DNA of 64,000 nucleotides from positions 1,302,001 to 1,366,000 of the forward strand of contig JAYWIR010000014.1 of assembly GCA_036172245.1 (NCBI GenBank), in the 5' to 3' direction. The translations under genes were made by a program, and so were the position numbers. This DNA is from Raillietiella orientalis. Its lineage: Eukaryota. The notes beneath the pieces were generated by a model that saw only the letters and a program-made list of their open reading frames with translations, did not search any database and was not told the origin of the DNA. Positions 42,050 through 54,308 of this stretch are shown here, in pieces. Every line of letters starts with the position of its first letter. Within the stretch, counting starts at the first letter, position 1.

Positions 42050-43060
42050 AATCGGGTGAAACTTCGTAACTACCCATTAGAGCAAAGACTGTTGCTATGG
42101 GTGAATTCCAGGAAACACGTTCGTTCTTACATGAGCCGTACTTTAACTCTTGCGTGGCTCACTAAATCTTTGTCGGGATTGTCCAAAAAGAAGAATCCAT
42201 CTCTAAGCTCTTCATTTTTCATTATAACTCCTGCATTTTCTAAATAGTTCGAAAATTTCTTTCTACAATACTGTACGGTCTCTGGAGAAAAGGGCGAAAG
42301 TAGGTGTAGGCAATCTTAAGACATTGATGTTCATCTGTGTGCTACCCATCAGCGGATTGCTCAAGAATAGATTGTATGGTAAGAGCCGACAAAAATTTGC
42401 TCTAAAAGAGCAGAGAGTTTGTTCCTTGTCACGTGCTCTTTACAGTCATTCCATTGAAGCCACATGAAGGCTTCTTCTGACCATAATGTGATCAAACAGC
42501 ACACGGTTTGCGTCACCGTAGGTTTCAGGTACCGTGTGAAAAATCGCATGTTTTCAAGTACCGTCAAAGAGCACGTTGATCGATATCTGTACTTTATGAG
42601 ACTAAGGTAGCCACCGGCCATAAAAATTTCGTTTCGGGATCGCGCCTACGACGGCTTTGTCAGGTGGGTGGTACCTTACTTTCTTCGGATGCAGTTGAAT
42701 GAGATTCATGCAGGGAATGAGGTCAGACAAGGCTCGCATTGTGAAATCGAAGTATCTGTAGGCGTAGCGCTGCCGGTGTACCCTGCAAGGAAATCTACGC
42801 TTGTTTCTGGCAGGAAGCGCACACTCGAACTCCTCGACAAACCTGCCAGGGTAAAATTCCTTTGCTCCGAGCATGCAAGAATCCGACGAACCGTGTTCTC
42901 GCATGTGTGACCAGCATTCGAGTGTCAGGTGGCCATCCTGCCAGAGCTCTGCATACAGAAACAAAGAACGCTGAATAGAAACGTCAGTTCCGTACGGATC
43001 AGCATGCGAATACCAGAACACTAAAGATCTTGAGCTTGAATTCTCTCGGCATCGTGCGCT
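42050..43060 (-). mobile_element. Possible Gypsy RT-RNase H remnant
   Basis: LENMRFFTRYLK...LWSEEAFMW resembles LGMVNYYxKFI...LLxKxxxFxW. LSPFSPETVQY resembles ASRTLSxAExNY. Confidence 0.35.
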
Positions 43061-43299
43061 CACCCGTTGACCCTCTCGTCACGTGGTGCATCACCTCCTA
43101 ACGAAGACACGTAATACAACATGCATTCTAGACACAGTTTCCCGTAGAACAACTGAATTTGCCAATAGCCATTTGCAAGAAGACTGCAGAAGCGCCCTCC
43201 CACCCCACCTCCCTTCCGAAAAAAGTCTGCGTGATGTCGAATGGTCCCTCAGGCGAAGAGAACGTGTGGAGGAAGTATTTCCCGGCGAAGGCTCCCTCA

Positions 43300-45670
43300 C
43301 GGCTCGTCACCTGCCAAAGAGACCTTGCGCGCTGTGAATAGCTCGAAGGAAAGGTTGCAGGGGAAGTCGAAAACCCCATTTTCCGATTTCGCTCGAAGCT
43401 ACTGACCTCGTGAGGACGCTTGTCCTTGCTCGTCTTCTCTGAATGGGAGGGTCTGCGGCAGAGTCGATCACTTTTCGCAGGTCAAAAAGGACAAGGGAAA
43501 CTCGTTCCTGAGAAACTTCCCCGCCTCCACTTCTGCTCAGCATCTTCTGGGGAAGAGAGCCCCCACAGATAGAATAGGATGAGCTTCGGAGGCAGAAATA
43601 AGGGAAATCAGGACAAAAAAAAGGCTCCCCTTCTGCCGGAACGGTACTGAAGAGACGGACAGGGAGAGCGGCACTTCGAAACACAGGACCACGCGTATAC
43701 CGTCCGGACCAGGGAGCGAGGGGCAGCCTCGTTAGGGACAACTCTAGGAAAAGGAAGAGTGCATGGTTGCTGACCACACCATCTATCCCACCCCACCTGT
43801 CAGGAAAACCACGATTTACAGGGAAGTGGGACTTTGCTTACCCCAGAACCTCAGGGAGGACAGGTATCCTGTGCTGAAAGAGACTCCTGAGAAACTACAC
43901 GGGGAGTCCTGAAATCGAACAGTGAGGGGAAAGGGAAAAAAATGGAAGCACGAGGGAGCACGGGTGCACCAGGAGGGTCCTGATGGACCCCAATGATGCC
44001 CTAGAAATGGCGACATGGATGACTGATGGACATCCACGTCTCCATCGCTAGGGCGTGTGGCAAGACACCTCCAGAGAATCTGCTTTCCTGGCTCAGAGTT
44101 TCTGCGTACACCTCGCGCACACATCCTTTCGCTACTTCCTGTTTCTGGTCTTTCATAGGTCCGGAGAGTCACAGGATGCCTTCGAGCGCTCCCACCCACC
44201 CCTTATCCTACTCAAGGTAGGAGGACGACACGCCGAGATCCCCCAAGTTTTTTAAAATAAAAACAAACTCCAGATGCCCCCGTCTCGTTGCCCTCTGCAG
44301 CTCGTTTTATCTATTCCTCTGTTGGGCTCTATTCTCGATTTTTCCTGTTGCTGCATTTTTCAAGAGAAGCAATAGGGAGCGACATCCCTCTTCTGATTAG
44401 GGGAAATAGGCTTCCTTCGATTCCTCCTCCTTGCTCCCGAACTTACGGAGAAATTGAGAAATCCCCGGTGCTTCTGTGAATTTTCTGTTTCCCCTTCCGT
44501 TCCTGCTTTCCGTCCTGGAGCAGAAAGGAAAACAGCGAGGCCTGCTGAGAGCGTCTCCCAGGTGGCCCCGTCCCACAATAGGAGGGAGCGTTCGGCGACC
44601 CGTCTGCGGTGGGGAAGAGAACGATTCAGCTACCAGACGTGACGCCATCTTCCCTTCTCTGCAGCCTCTGCGGCCGTGGGTGAGCACCACTTGATGGTGC
44701 GATCGCGACAATCGGTGAGCGCACTCGACGGAGAGGCTCCCGGGATCGGTCGCTCTTCATAAGCACTCGAAGAACCCCCCCCTCCCTTTTCTCCGGCAGC
44801 TCACAGCTGCCACCGGCTGCTCCAGCAGCTGCTGCCTCTGTGCCTCCGCGCCTGGACCACTGCGCCAGCCTCCAGTAAACTTTCCTGCCGGGGAGGAGCA
44901 GGAGCGACGAGATGAACGCTCCTCCTTTCCCTCCGCCGCACATCCCATCGCTGCTCCCCTGAAGGGTCTCGCGCAGGAAAGGCACACGATCCTTCTCACG
45001 ACCGAATGACCTCATCCCGGAATCGTAAATCTTGAGTCACCTCTTAGGTCGCAAGGCATCCGGTCCAGACCCCAGGAGAAGGAAATGCCGACGAGGGGGA
45101 GAAGAAAAAAAACGTAGGAAGTGCTCTCACGAGCAAAAGGGGCTTCCTGAGATCTTCCGGAAAAGTTCGTAGGAGAAACCAGGGGCAGTGCCCACAGGTA
45201 ATCCGGTCCTTTGGACAAGTAGCAAACAGGCAGATTCTGGTTCGCGCTTTCTGCCTGGAAGGTCTTGAGCATGTTTCGTCGACCTCCTCTCTCGCTGCGC
45301 AGAAACAAGATGGCAGCGTAAGGAAGACAGAAACGGGTGTTCTTTTTCTTGCCTGAATGACGGGTCCTTCTGCTTCCCACTCGATTCCATAAAACCTTTT
45401 CCCAAGAGATTATGGAGCCTCCGCCCAGCTCTCTCGAGGCGCTTCCGAGTTGTCAGTGCATACTTGGAAGCGTCCGCGGCTCCATGAAACCCTTTGGAGA
45501 TGCTCCTTGCAGCAGTAGGAAACAGTTCTTCCGATCTCCCCGTAGAAACACGAGAACTGGGAGCGGACTCCATAGGCAGAGAAGGCTTGTAAGGGAGTTC
45601 CTCTCGCGAGTCTCCCCATGATCCAAGGAGCCTCTTCGAAGGGCTCACTCTCCCCTAACGTGACCTCCAT
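43300..45670 (-). mobile_element. Decayed L1/Tx1-like element (RT to zf-RVT)
   Basis: LQAFSAYGVRSQF (LxxFGFGPxF-like), LPYAAILFLRSERGGRRNMLKTFQAES (AYADD..LFL-like) and AALPVRLFSTVPAEGEPFFCP (zf-RVT-like) appear in order. Confidence 0.6.
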
Positions 45671-46449
45671 CCTGGAAGGAAAGATGAATGCTGACGTTCT
45701 CAGACGACCAGCCAGATTCTCTGCAGCAGCGCAGAGCTCTCAGTCACGCATCACTACCGCAGCTCCTAACTGTAGAGCGCTTTCACACCACAGATGCTGC
45801 AGCAAGGACACGTTATTTACCTTGTTGCGAAGGACTGCAGTTCCTTACGAGGAAAATGGTGACAGAATCGCAATGACTCACTACGACGTCGACTGCTGGA
45901 GTGCTCCCCTGCGCTGTCGAGCAATTCGCGCAGAGACTGAAACACCAAGCTTTTGCATGCGCATCTTTCAGAATTGCTGGAGCTGCATCTCCTTTGTCTG
46001 AGGAAGCTGACTGGGAGGATGTTTCACCTGCTCTTCAATTCAGTCATCTCATCCTTGTGCCGCAAGAAAGGAAGATGGCTTCCCGATGCCTCTGCTGTAA
46101 GTAACCCCACGAGTAACTGCTTTCTGCAGCCCAGCCCTGCGCTCGCATCATGAGGCCCAAGAATGCCTGCTTTGGTGTCTTCATTCGTGCCAGGAGCATG
46201 CTCCGTTAGGACAAAATGCAACGAACGAATGATGATCCCTCACCTTCCCTGCCCATCCCTTCACACTGCTCGAACGAAAGCTCCAGCCATCGCGCTTCAT
46301 CCGGCGACGTCATTCCCATTCGAACGGGAGAAGGAGAAATTCGGAGGGTGCTATGCTGCGCATCCCCTGATGTTTGATGATTTCATTTCTTGGGAGTGAT
46401 GTTTGCGGTAGATTTGCTTCAAAACAAAACCAAGAAAAGAAAACACCGG

Positions 46450-47400
46450 AGGAAAACTCAAGGATGCTCCTATGGCATGGTCACTCCGGAGGCTAGTATC
46501 GCTGGTCCTTGGAAACTTCCGATTGAGCTTCGGTAAAAACAGGTTTTACCCCCCTCTTCTACCCCACCAAACAGCTCCCACAGTCCTTGGAGGCAACGGG
46601 ACTTCTTGACGACATGTAGGTTTCCTAGTTGCCAATCTGCCTACACCGGCTGAGGACACGCTTCTGGCCCTGACGTGCGACTCTTTCAATGAATCACAGG
46701 AACGGAGGGAGGGGAACGTGCGAACAGTTGAATCTCTTGAAAGAAGAGAAAAGGGAGTTTCAGGTGGAGATGCGTGGAAGATTCCAGATCCGCCGATCCC
46801 ATTTGCCGTCACACCGGGAGGAATAGCACGGGACAATTGATCCCACAATAGCTATCCCGCTAAGACCACTCGAGTGACGAGTTTAGGGAAGCGATACAAG
46901 CCTGATCCAGGGAGGACACTGTGACCTCTCGATAGGCCCTCTCGGGCTTGAAAAGCTAAACCGAGTGCGAATGCAGGTGGTGCAAAAGGGGCGCTGGACC
47001 ACACTGTGGTGCGCTATTCGGGGTGCATTCCGCACGCGCGCGTGGAAAGTCCTCTCGGGAAACAGTTGTTGATCGTCCCAGCTGTATTGGCGCACGTATA
47101 TTGCGACTCGCTCTTGTGGCTTTCTGGACTACTTGCAGGCACTCTGAAGGTGCCAACGAGTGTTCCTCAGCAACTTCAAGGGAATTTTCCACCGGCAAGA
47201 TGAGCCACGCCGATCGCGGAAAAGTGGCTGACGCCTGCAACTGACTGTTCGACGGGCGGAGGCCGGGTGGGTTGCACGAAACAGTCCTCCGGTAGCATCC
47301 GCGTGAGCAGCAATCAATGAAGCCCCACTGGGATGGAGGTGAGAGAGACGGCATGCGACAACTTCCCTCTGAGAGACTCCCTTCTCCCCTGGAGAACAAC
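46450..47400. mobile_element. Probable LINE remnant(s), orientation ambiguous
   Basis: Plus strand shows PTVLGG, GDAWKIPDP and KGRWTTLW (EN-like). Minus strand has weak RT-like stretches. Confidence 0.3.
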
Positions 47401-48199
47401 GGGAGCAGCAGCGAAAAATCTACTCCCTGCCGGAACTACTCTCTCACGAACACCGGTCGGAAGGATGCACACAGTGAAGTTCCTCTGCTTGTGGGCCACC
47501 GGAGGAGGAGAGATTCTCGATATGCCCCGCCTCCACCTCCATCGTATGATGCAGGCGTGCGGGACGGCTCCTCCAGGTCACGAAGAGAGTCGCTTCGATG
47601 TCACGTTTTGCAGTTTCTCAGAGACGTGCCCGCCCGGTCCATGAAATCACGTTTGTCGCCATCCCGATTCCGACCGGCCTAACCGGATCCCAGAAACTGC
47701 TGCTCATGCCTTCCCGGAAGTGGTCACCGAGGGTATCGCTTTGCCTCCCTTCCGTCCACCCTCACCACCCCCTCTCGTGTTTCCAGGTGACAGCGGCGGG
47801 TGGGCAGCCGGACGAGCGGCTTCGCTGCTCCGCGGAGCCCCAACACCGTGAGGGAAGCAGCAGCGTCTTTACCTGACTGCCGTTTCCGGCCTGAGACGGC
47901 ATCTAAAACCGGGAACGTTCCCTCCTCCACCCGAGTTGGCGATGCGTTCACCCAAGTACACACGCACGGTGTACCTCATCCGAAAGCTCATCACCTGATG
48001 CCATGGAAACATCATTCGTTCCGTTTCGGACGGAGCCATCTGTCGTGGGCAGGCAGCAATAAATGAAGCCGTCAGCATAAATCTGAAAGTTGAGCACTCG
48101 CAGAGGGGGAGGGGGAGGGGCGAAAGGTCCTGTAAAGCGACCGTTTTCCTACAAGCTGACTCGCGCAAACGTGTCCTTGGCACCGTGGGCAGTGAGCGC

Positions 48200-50600
48200 T
48201 CCGCCATCTCGAAGGTGGAGCTAGATGATCCCCTTCCGATGAGCACGATGGAGGAACCCCCCTTTCCTCCCCTTTTCCCCCTCGAGTTGTCGGACGCGGT
48301 GCGCCGCTCGCGGAGCCTCGCGCGCTCCAGGCCAACCGAAAGCCCTCTATCGGCTCGAGGCGCGCGCGCGCCGGCGCGCCGACGACGATCCGGGAGACGC
48401 GCCGACGCCGGACCTCGACCGTTCGGACCACCAGGACACCGCAAGCGGAAGGAAGGGGCAGCGTGTCCGAGTGCGCGCCCTGCCTCTCGAGCCGCGCGCA
48501 AACTTCCCGTGCGCGGCGGAGTGCAAACACGTCAGGAAAGGGCGGTCGCCTAGAAGCCGGGATCCCGGAGCCTCTCTATAGCGCCGGATCCGCAACCAGG
48601 GGGGCGTACCACGCCCCAAGGGAGAAAGCTCTTCCGAAGGAGCCGGAAGCCGTGCGCAGCCAGGGGCGTCTGCTCGTTTGCACGGCAACAGCACAATGTA
48701 CGGCGCTTTTCCCAGGAAGCGACTCGTCCCCAGGGGCGAGGAACGAGCGCCTCCAAGCAGCACTTCAGTGGAGAAGAGGAGGGGGATTTCGGCGGAGAGA
48801 GTGGACGTCACCGTCCTCGGGAAGGGGAGGCCTGCGGAGGATCTCTCCGAGGAAATTCGAGGGAGGCGAAGAGGACCAAGGAGACTTCCGGGAGGCAGCA
48901 GTGTCTCCCGGAGCGTCGCTCTCGGGTGGGAGGAGGGAGGCGGAAGCAGCCGCGGACAAGAGCGAGAGAGCAGTTCACGGCTTCCTCCATGGGAACAGTC
49001 GGGACGATACTTTGGGAAATAACCGGTTCTTGGGACGAAGGCCCCAGTGTGAGGGAGACAAAAGGGATTCATGCTGCGCTTGGTGAATTTTCCGTAATAC
49101 GGTCGAGAGCTGAGCCCTGAGGAGAGAGAGGGAGAAAGAGAGGAGGGAGGAAAGAAGAAAAAAGCAGAAAATATCCTCCAGGGTGCGCGCGCGCGCACCT
49201 TGGCAGAGATTCCCACTTTCATTTGAGTGTTCAGGAACGTTCGCATTGCCTTGGAGAATGGAGAGCCGGAGCGTCGTCAAGCAAAGGAACCTGGTAGGGA
49301 CGCATCCTTTCCCCGCTTCCCAGCTGCCTTCCTGATCCTGCCGTCATCAGCCCGTTTTCCCTCCTCACTTCGTCCCCATTCACTGCAGTCTCTCCCCTTT
49401 TTTTTCCTCCCCTCGACGCCAGGGCTGCGAGGAGGAGAGGCGGGTGGGTGAGCTGGGACGGAACCGGGATGGAGGGGACTCTTGCAATTCCCGCAGAAGT
49501 GCAGACGACGACGCAGGGAACACCAGCACACCCGAACCCGTCCCAAAGGTGCAGTACGTGGCGGGAGGAGGGAAGGAGAGGTACGGAACGTCTCTTATGA
49601 AGCAGCACATCCTCCAGGAGCGCTCCGGACGGAAGACGTCCGAGCCCGAGGCACGCGAGCGCAAAACCCCCATCCTCCAGGCGGACGCGCTCGCGCATGC
49701 GCGCGGGAGGACGGGGACGTACTTGGGCGCTTCTCTATCCCGAAAGCGCTGCTAGGTGATTCCTTTCCGATGGGAGCGCTGGAGAATCCCCTTGTCCCCA
49801 TCGAGTCACTGGCGACTCGAGGGGGTCGCGTGTGAAAGACGGGGATGCGTGCGCACATGCGCCGGAGAGTAGGAGGAGAGGAAACGTGATCTTTCCCACT
49901 GGTGCGTTCTGCGAGGGGATGACCGCGCCAAGGTGGAGCGAGAACCGCGCGCGCTCCCTTCCCTCTCGAAACGCCTTCCGCGCCGAGAGGGAAGAATCAG
50001 CGATGAATCTTTAGCAGCTTCCCTGCGCACTCGCCCTGCCGATCGGAGGGCGAGCTACGTTGCTGGAGGAGCGGACGCAGCCTGTCTGCTGGTCCGACAG
50101 GGAGTTCCACCGCAGAAGTCGAGCACTCTAGACCGGGAAGGGTCCTTCTCCCCTTCCGACCGCGGGTTCTGGAGAAGCAGATCTCCCGAGGGAACGTCGC
50201 CTGCCAGAAGGCCCGTTGGGGATGAACCGGGATGAGTGAAGCCACCCTCTAGGAAGACGTCCAGCCGGAGGTTTCCTACGAGGAGCGCGCGAACTTCCTC
50301 AAGGACACTGCCCACAAGGCGCACCTCGACTGACGAGGCGCCCGCGGCGCGGGTGCGGTCTCGTGAGGGATTACCTGGGACAACAAGGCCGAGAGGCGGG
50401 GAAGTCGCGCTCCCCTTTGCTGGGCTCACACGAGAGTCTCGCGCAGGCTTCGCGCCGGACTGACCACCGCTCCCGGCGAGCATTCCCGGCCGTCCCTCGC
50501 TCCAGTCCTCAGGCTGCTGGACCCACGGCCAGCCCCTTCCTCCGCCCTCTTCCCCTGAGGCTACTCGTCCTTGAGGCACCCCGTCGGCAGAGCGTCCCGG
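48200..50600 (+). mobile_element. Decayed, CpG-rich L1/Tx1-like element (RT to zf-RVT)
   Basis: In order: PPFPPLFPLEL (PLSPLLF-like), RADDD (YADD-like), RSQGRLLVC (LSLxGRVLVC-like), QWRRGG...SGRGGL (W...EGGLG-like), VSYEERANFLKDTAHKA (zf-RVT entry). Confidence 0.55.
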
Positions 50601-51907
50601 ACGGGCGGCCGCGCGCGCCCTGCGGGGAGCAGCGGCTTGGCACGCGCGGGTGGGAAGGTCGAGGAGCCTGGAGCGATGTTCCCGGACGCGCGAGCCACCC
50701 AACAGGCGCGCGGCTGAAGCCCTGCGGACCTCCATTTAGGCGGATCGGGTTGCGAGGGCGTTGCCCGCCCCTTCCCCCCCCCCCCTTCTTCCTCCGGCGC
50801 TCCCACATCTGGGAGCGAGGAGGCGCCTCGTTCGGAAGAAAGCTCTTCTTCGTCAGTGGGAAGGGACTCACCGGGCAACGCCCCCGGGCACGAGAATGAG
50901 AGGGGCGGGGGTGCGCACGCGGCTCTCCCCCTCTTTCCGCATCGCGAACGCGGGAAGTGCGACCCGCCAACCCCGCCTTTCTCCGAGAGGGTCGCGAGGC
51001 TGCGACGATTCGTCGGACCATCTCTAGGGCAACCGCAAAAAAGGCCTCCCCCTCTACCCCTCCCCCCCCGATACTCCGGTTCCTCGTTCGTGGAGGAGTT
51101 CCCTTTGCAGCGTCCAGAGGGAGGTGGGGAACTACTGGGGACCGCACCCTCGTCCCGACGAGTGGGAGGAATGAGGGAAAGTCCCTGAGTTCCAGACCCA
51201 GGGCTTTCACTGAGGATGACTCAGAAGTCGAAGCGTGGCAGCAGCGTCTTGAAGGACGGTAAGGGGGTTGAGAGGATGGGAGGCGGCGATGCCGGCCAGA
51301 TCCTCTGTGACCTTAGGTCACCAGCGAGAACGGAGAAGATTGAGGACGCTCTCCGGCCCTGCTCGCGCCGGAGGCAGCACAATGGAGGAGGAGGGGACGA
51401 GGGGCAGGCGGTTCCCTTCCTCTCCCCTCCCCCTCCTAAATGTGGGTGCCCATCCGAAAGGGCTGCCGGGAAGAGGAAAAAGGAAGCAACGAAGAGAAGG
51501 CGTTCCAGAGCGCGTGCTGTGACGTCACCTCAGAGCCGAGCACGGGAGCGGGAAGGCATCTTTTTTTTTTTTTCGTTCCGGCTGCGGCTGCGCTGTATCC
51601 TAGCAACCGCATGCGTCGTCCGCCGCATCCTCCCGAGGACGCGGGATTCTCGGGTGCCGCTGCCGTTCTCCCACCCGCAGCGGCGGTGATGCAACACCCC
51701 CCGGTAGGCGCCGAGGTGAAGCGTGAACGTTTCCAGGGAGACAGCCGGCGCGACCTCGAGACCAGGATGAGAGAGAGGGACGCAGGAGAGCACGCCTTCC
51801 CCCTCGCGGCGGCTGGGAGGGGACCTCATGGAAGGGCAGCGCGGGACCCCGGGGCTCTTTCACGCTCGCTCCCTTCCCCGCCTCCTGAGCGCGCGCGAAG
51901 CAGAGGC

Positions 51908-51970
51908 GGAAGCGCCCTGATCGCCCACAGCGCTCCACGGCGGCAGGAAGCGCCCTCGTCGCCCACAGCG
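51908..51970 (+). repeat. 25-bp imperfect direct repeat, two copies
   Basis: ggaagcgccctgatcgcccacagcg and ggaagcgccctcgtcgcccacagcg. Confidence 0.85.
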
Positions 51971-52019
51971 GCCAGGCGACCCGTCGAGACGAGGAGGGGG
52001 GGGAGAGGATGCGGTAGCT

Positions 52020-52290
52020 CCAGGAAACGGTTGGCCGGCCGGAGGGGGAAGGGGGGGTTATGCTCGGTGCTCTGGGGGAGAGGGAGGCGTTTCAAGGGGG
52101 CGGCAGCGCGACCCGTAGGTGCCGCCAGGAGAAGGCTGCAATACTCGCCCCTCTCTCTCTCTCTTCCCCCCTTCCTGTTGGGGGGAGAGCGGGAGCGGGT
52201 CGCCGGCACACGCGCGCTGTAACGGACGAATTCAAACGTGTAGATCGCAGGGCGCTGATTGGTCAGAAGAGACCGGGAAGCGGCGGGAGA
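52020..52290 (-). promoter_or_regulatory. Candidate cell-cycle-type promoter module (CCAAT, CHR, MYB)
   Basis: On the minus strand: CCAATCA (52256-52262), TTTGAA (52231-52236), CCGTTA (52220-52225). Also a CTTGAA variant (52091-52096) and aacggttg (52026-52033), all within a CpG island. Confidence 0.45.
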
Positions 52291-52697
52291 GGGGGAGGGG
52301 GAGAAGAGCACGAGCATGCGAAAGCGAACAGGTGCGGGCAGACGAGAAGGGAGCGGGGAGACGCGGTCGCTCCGCAGCCGGTTTCCATCGCGACGACGGC
52401 TGCGACGGGACGCGCGCGCGCCGGGAACACGAGTCGCGCGGGTCGCTGCCTCGCCTCCTCTCTTCCCCTCCCTACTATCCCTTCTCCTTTCCCCTTCGTC
52501 CTTCCTACCAAGGTGCGCCCCCTTTTTCTCCCGGAGGGCGAGAAGGGAATCCCTCGACAGTTCTACCTCACCGGATTCTAAGTTTTCCTGCTACCCTCTC
52601 CGGCAGAGGCCTTACCGGGAAGGCGGGTGCCCCACCGTCCCTGAAACTCCCCCTCCTCTCCAGGGGAAGGATGCTGCACTAGACCGTATCACAACGT

Positions 52698-52703
52698 TTT
52701 ATT
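52698..52703 (-). terminator. Probable polyadenylation signal (AATAAA) of the CKI gene
   Basis: First AATAAA I found on the minus strand downstream of the stop codon, ~800 nt away, followed by a GT-containing stretch. Confidence 0.6.
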
Positions 52704-53002
52704 GCCGTATGTATAGAGCACACTGGAAGCAGCGTGCCTGTTCGGCAGGGAGCGGGGGAGGGGGGCGGACACCCTCTCATATGTTACAACTAAAGCTGGC
52801 ACCAGTCGTCGTCGTCGTCCTCGTCATCGTCGTGGCAACGGGGAGGGAGGGGAAGGGAGAACGGAGGAAGAGGAAGGTGGCGGTGGTGCTGGGCCGGTGT
52901 GCCGGCGAGGGTAGTGCGCATGTGTGGGTGGGAGGGGCGGTGGGCTGAAGCCGTCCGTGGGGCAGGAGAGGATCCGAAACGAATGGAAGGAGAAGAACAA
53001 AA

Positions 53003-53106
53003 CCAACAACAACAACAGCAGCAGCAGCAGCAACAACGGAAAGCGACAACAACGGGAACGGGGAAGGGGAAGGGAATATTAACAAACAAAAAAAAAAAAA
53101 AAAAAA
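53003..53106 (+). repeat. (CAA)/(CAG) microsatellite and poly-A tract (U-rich in the CKI 3'UTR)
   Basis: Read directly from the sequence. Confidence 0.9.
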
Positions 53107-53499
53107 CGGGAAGGGGGGATTTGTGCACTGGAGGTCGTAAGGCACTGCCTGGGCGCTGGAGCACAGGTGTGTCTCATCTTAGGTTTCTTAGCTGTACGTC
53201 GGGGGCCGCGGGCTGCCTTCCCTCGCCTCCGGGGAAAGGGCCCGCTTTCCTCTTCCCGGGCCTTCCTCCGGGAATCTTCCTCTCCCCGTGGGGGAACACG
53301 CGGGGAGGAGGCAGAGAGAGAGAGAGAACGACAGAGAGGAGGAGGAGGAGGAAAGGAAGGAAAAAAAAAAAAAAAAAACGCACGCACGCACGCACGCACG
53401 CAACACGACAAGAGCCTTCGGCAGAGGAATGGTGAGGTCGCAGTGACTAGGAACGGTGGGGCGGCCGCCGGGCTCCGCGAGGGCCGGAGTAAGGCCCTT

Positions 53500-53666
53500 T
53501 TAGCGGGGGCGGAAACTGCCGCGACCCGACGAGTCGACCACCATCAGGGCGACCGGGCGTGCCGACACCGCCGCAGAGCAAGCAGGCGGAGGAGGCGTTT
53601 GCGCCTGCGCGCTGTCGCCGCCAAGCTTCGGGGGCCTGGCCGGCCGTTTCCTTGGGATGACGTCAT
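53500..53666 (-). CDS. dap: Cip/Kip CDK inhibitor, coding exon 2
   Basis: Acceptor gtgtgtttcag| at 53667-53668. A phase-1 join restores GAT and reads DDVIPRKRPARPPK...SFRPR* (stop at 53500-53502). RKR completes the dacapo/p21-type C-terminal motif. Confidence 0.7.
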
Positions 53667-54308
53667 CTGAAACACACGCGTTCGATGAGGACCCAGAGCG
53701 AGGAAACCGGGGGAGAAGATGGGGTGATGAGGGAGGCGCGGGACAAGCGCAACCGCGCTCTTCTTTCCCTCCACCCCCTCGCCCTATACCCACCACCCCG
53801 CCTTCCCCTTCAGGAAGGAGGGGGAGCAGGAAGAAGCCGAGAGACGTATGCGTGAGAGGAGCGTCCCGGCGAGCGTCCCCTTGCGCTGCAGAGCGAAGGG
53901 GGAGAGGAGGAGCGAGAGGGGAATTCGGCGTGCGGATCGAAGTTTGACTTCCCGGAATTTTCTGGAGCCAGGGAAACACTGGATCGATGCGCTCGCTCGT
54001 GCGCGCGCCTGGCAGCGGCAGGGGTGGGGTGGGGCGAGTGACTCTGCGCGGACGAGGGGAGAGGGGGGAGGCAAAAGGGGTGGATCAGCAGAGAGAAAAA
54101 GGACGCGCGACTGGCCCCGCCACGCGCTCCCCGCTTCGCTAGAGGAGCATGGGAGATCGAAACAACGGAAAGGACCCCTCAGGAACGATAGAGCCTTCCC
54201 CCCCCCTTGTCCCTGCCTTCCCCTCCCTTATCGGGAGGAAGGCAGGGATGCGGACATTTCCTCGATCGACGGGTGGGCGTGCGGAGGTCCGGGAAGGGCC
54301 ATGCGTAC

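Noticed and set aside
47800..53500. Many overlapping 150-300 aa ORFs
   Set aside because: Stop-codon scarcity in GC-rich DNA. The recognisable parts are LINE remnants or UTR repeats.
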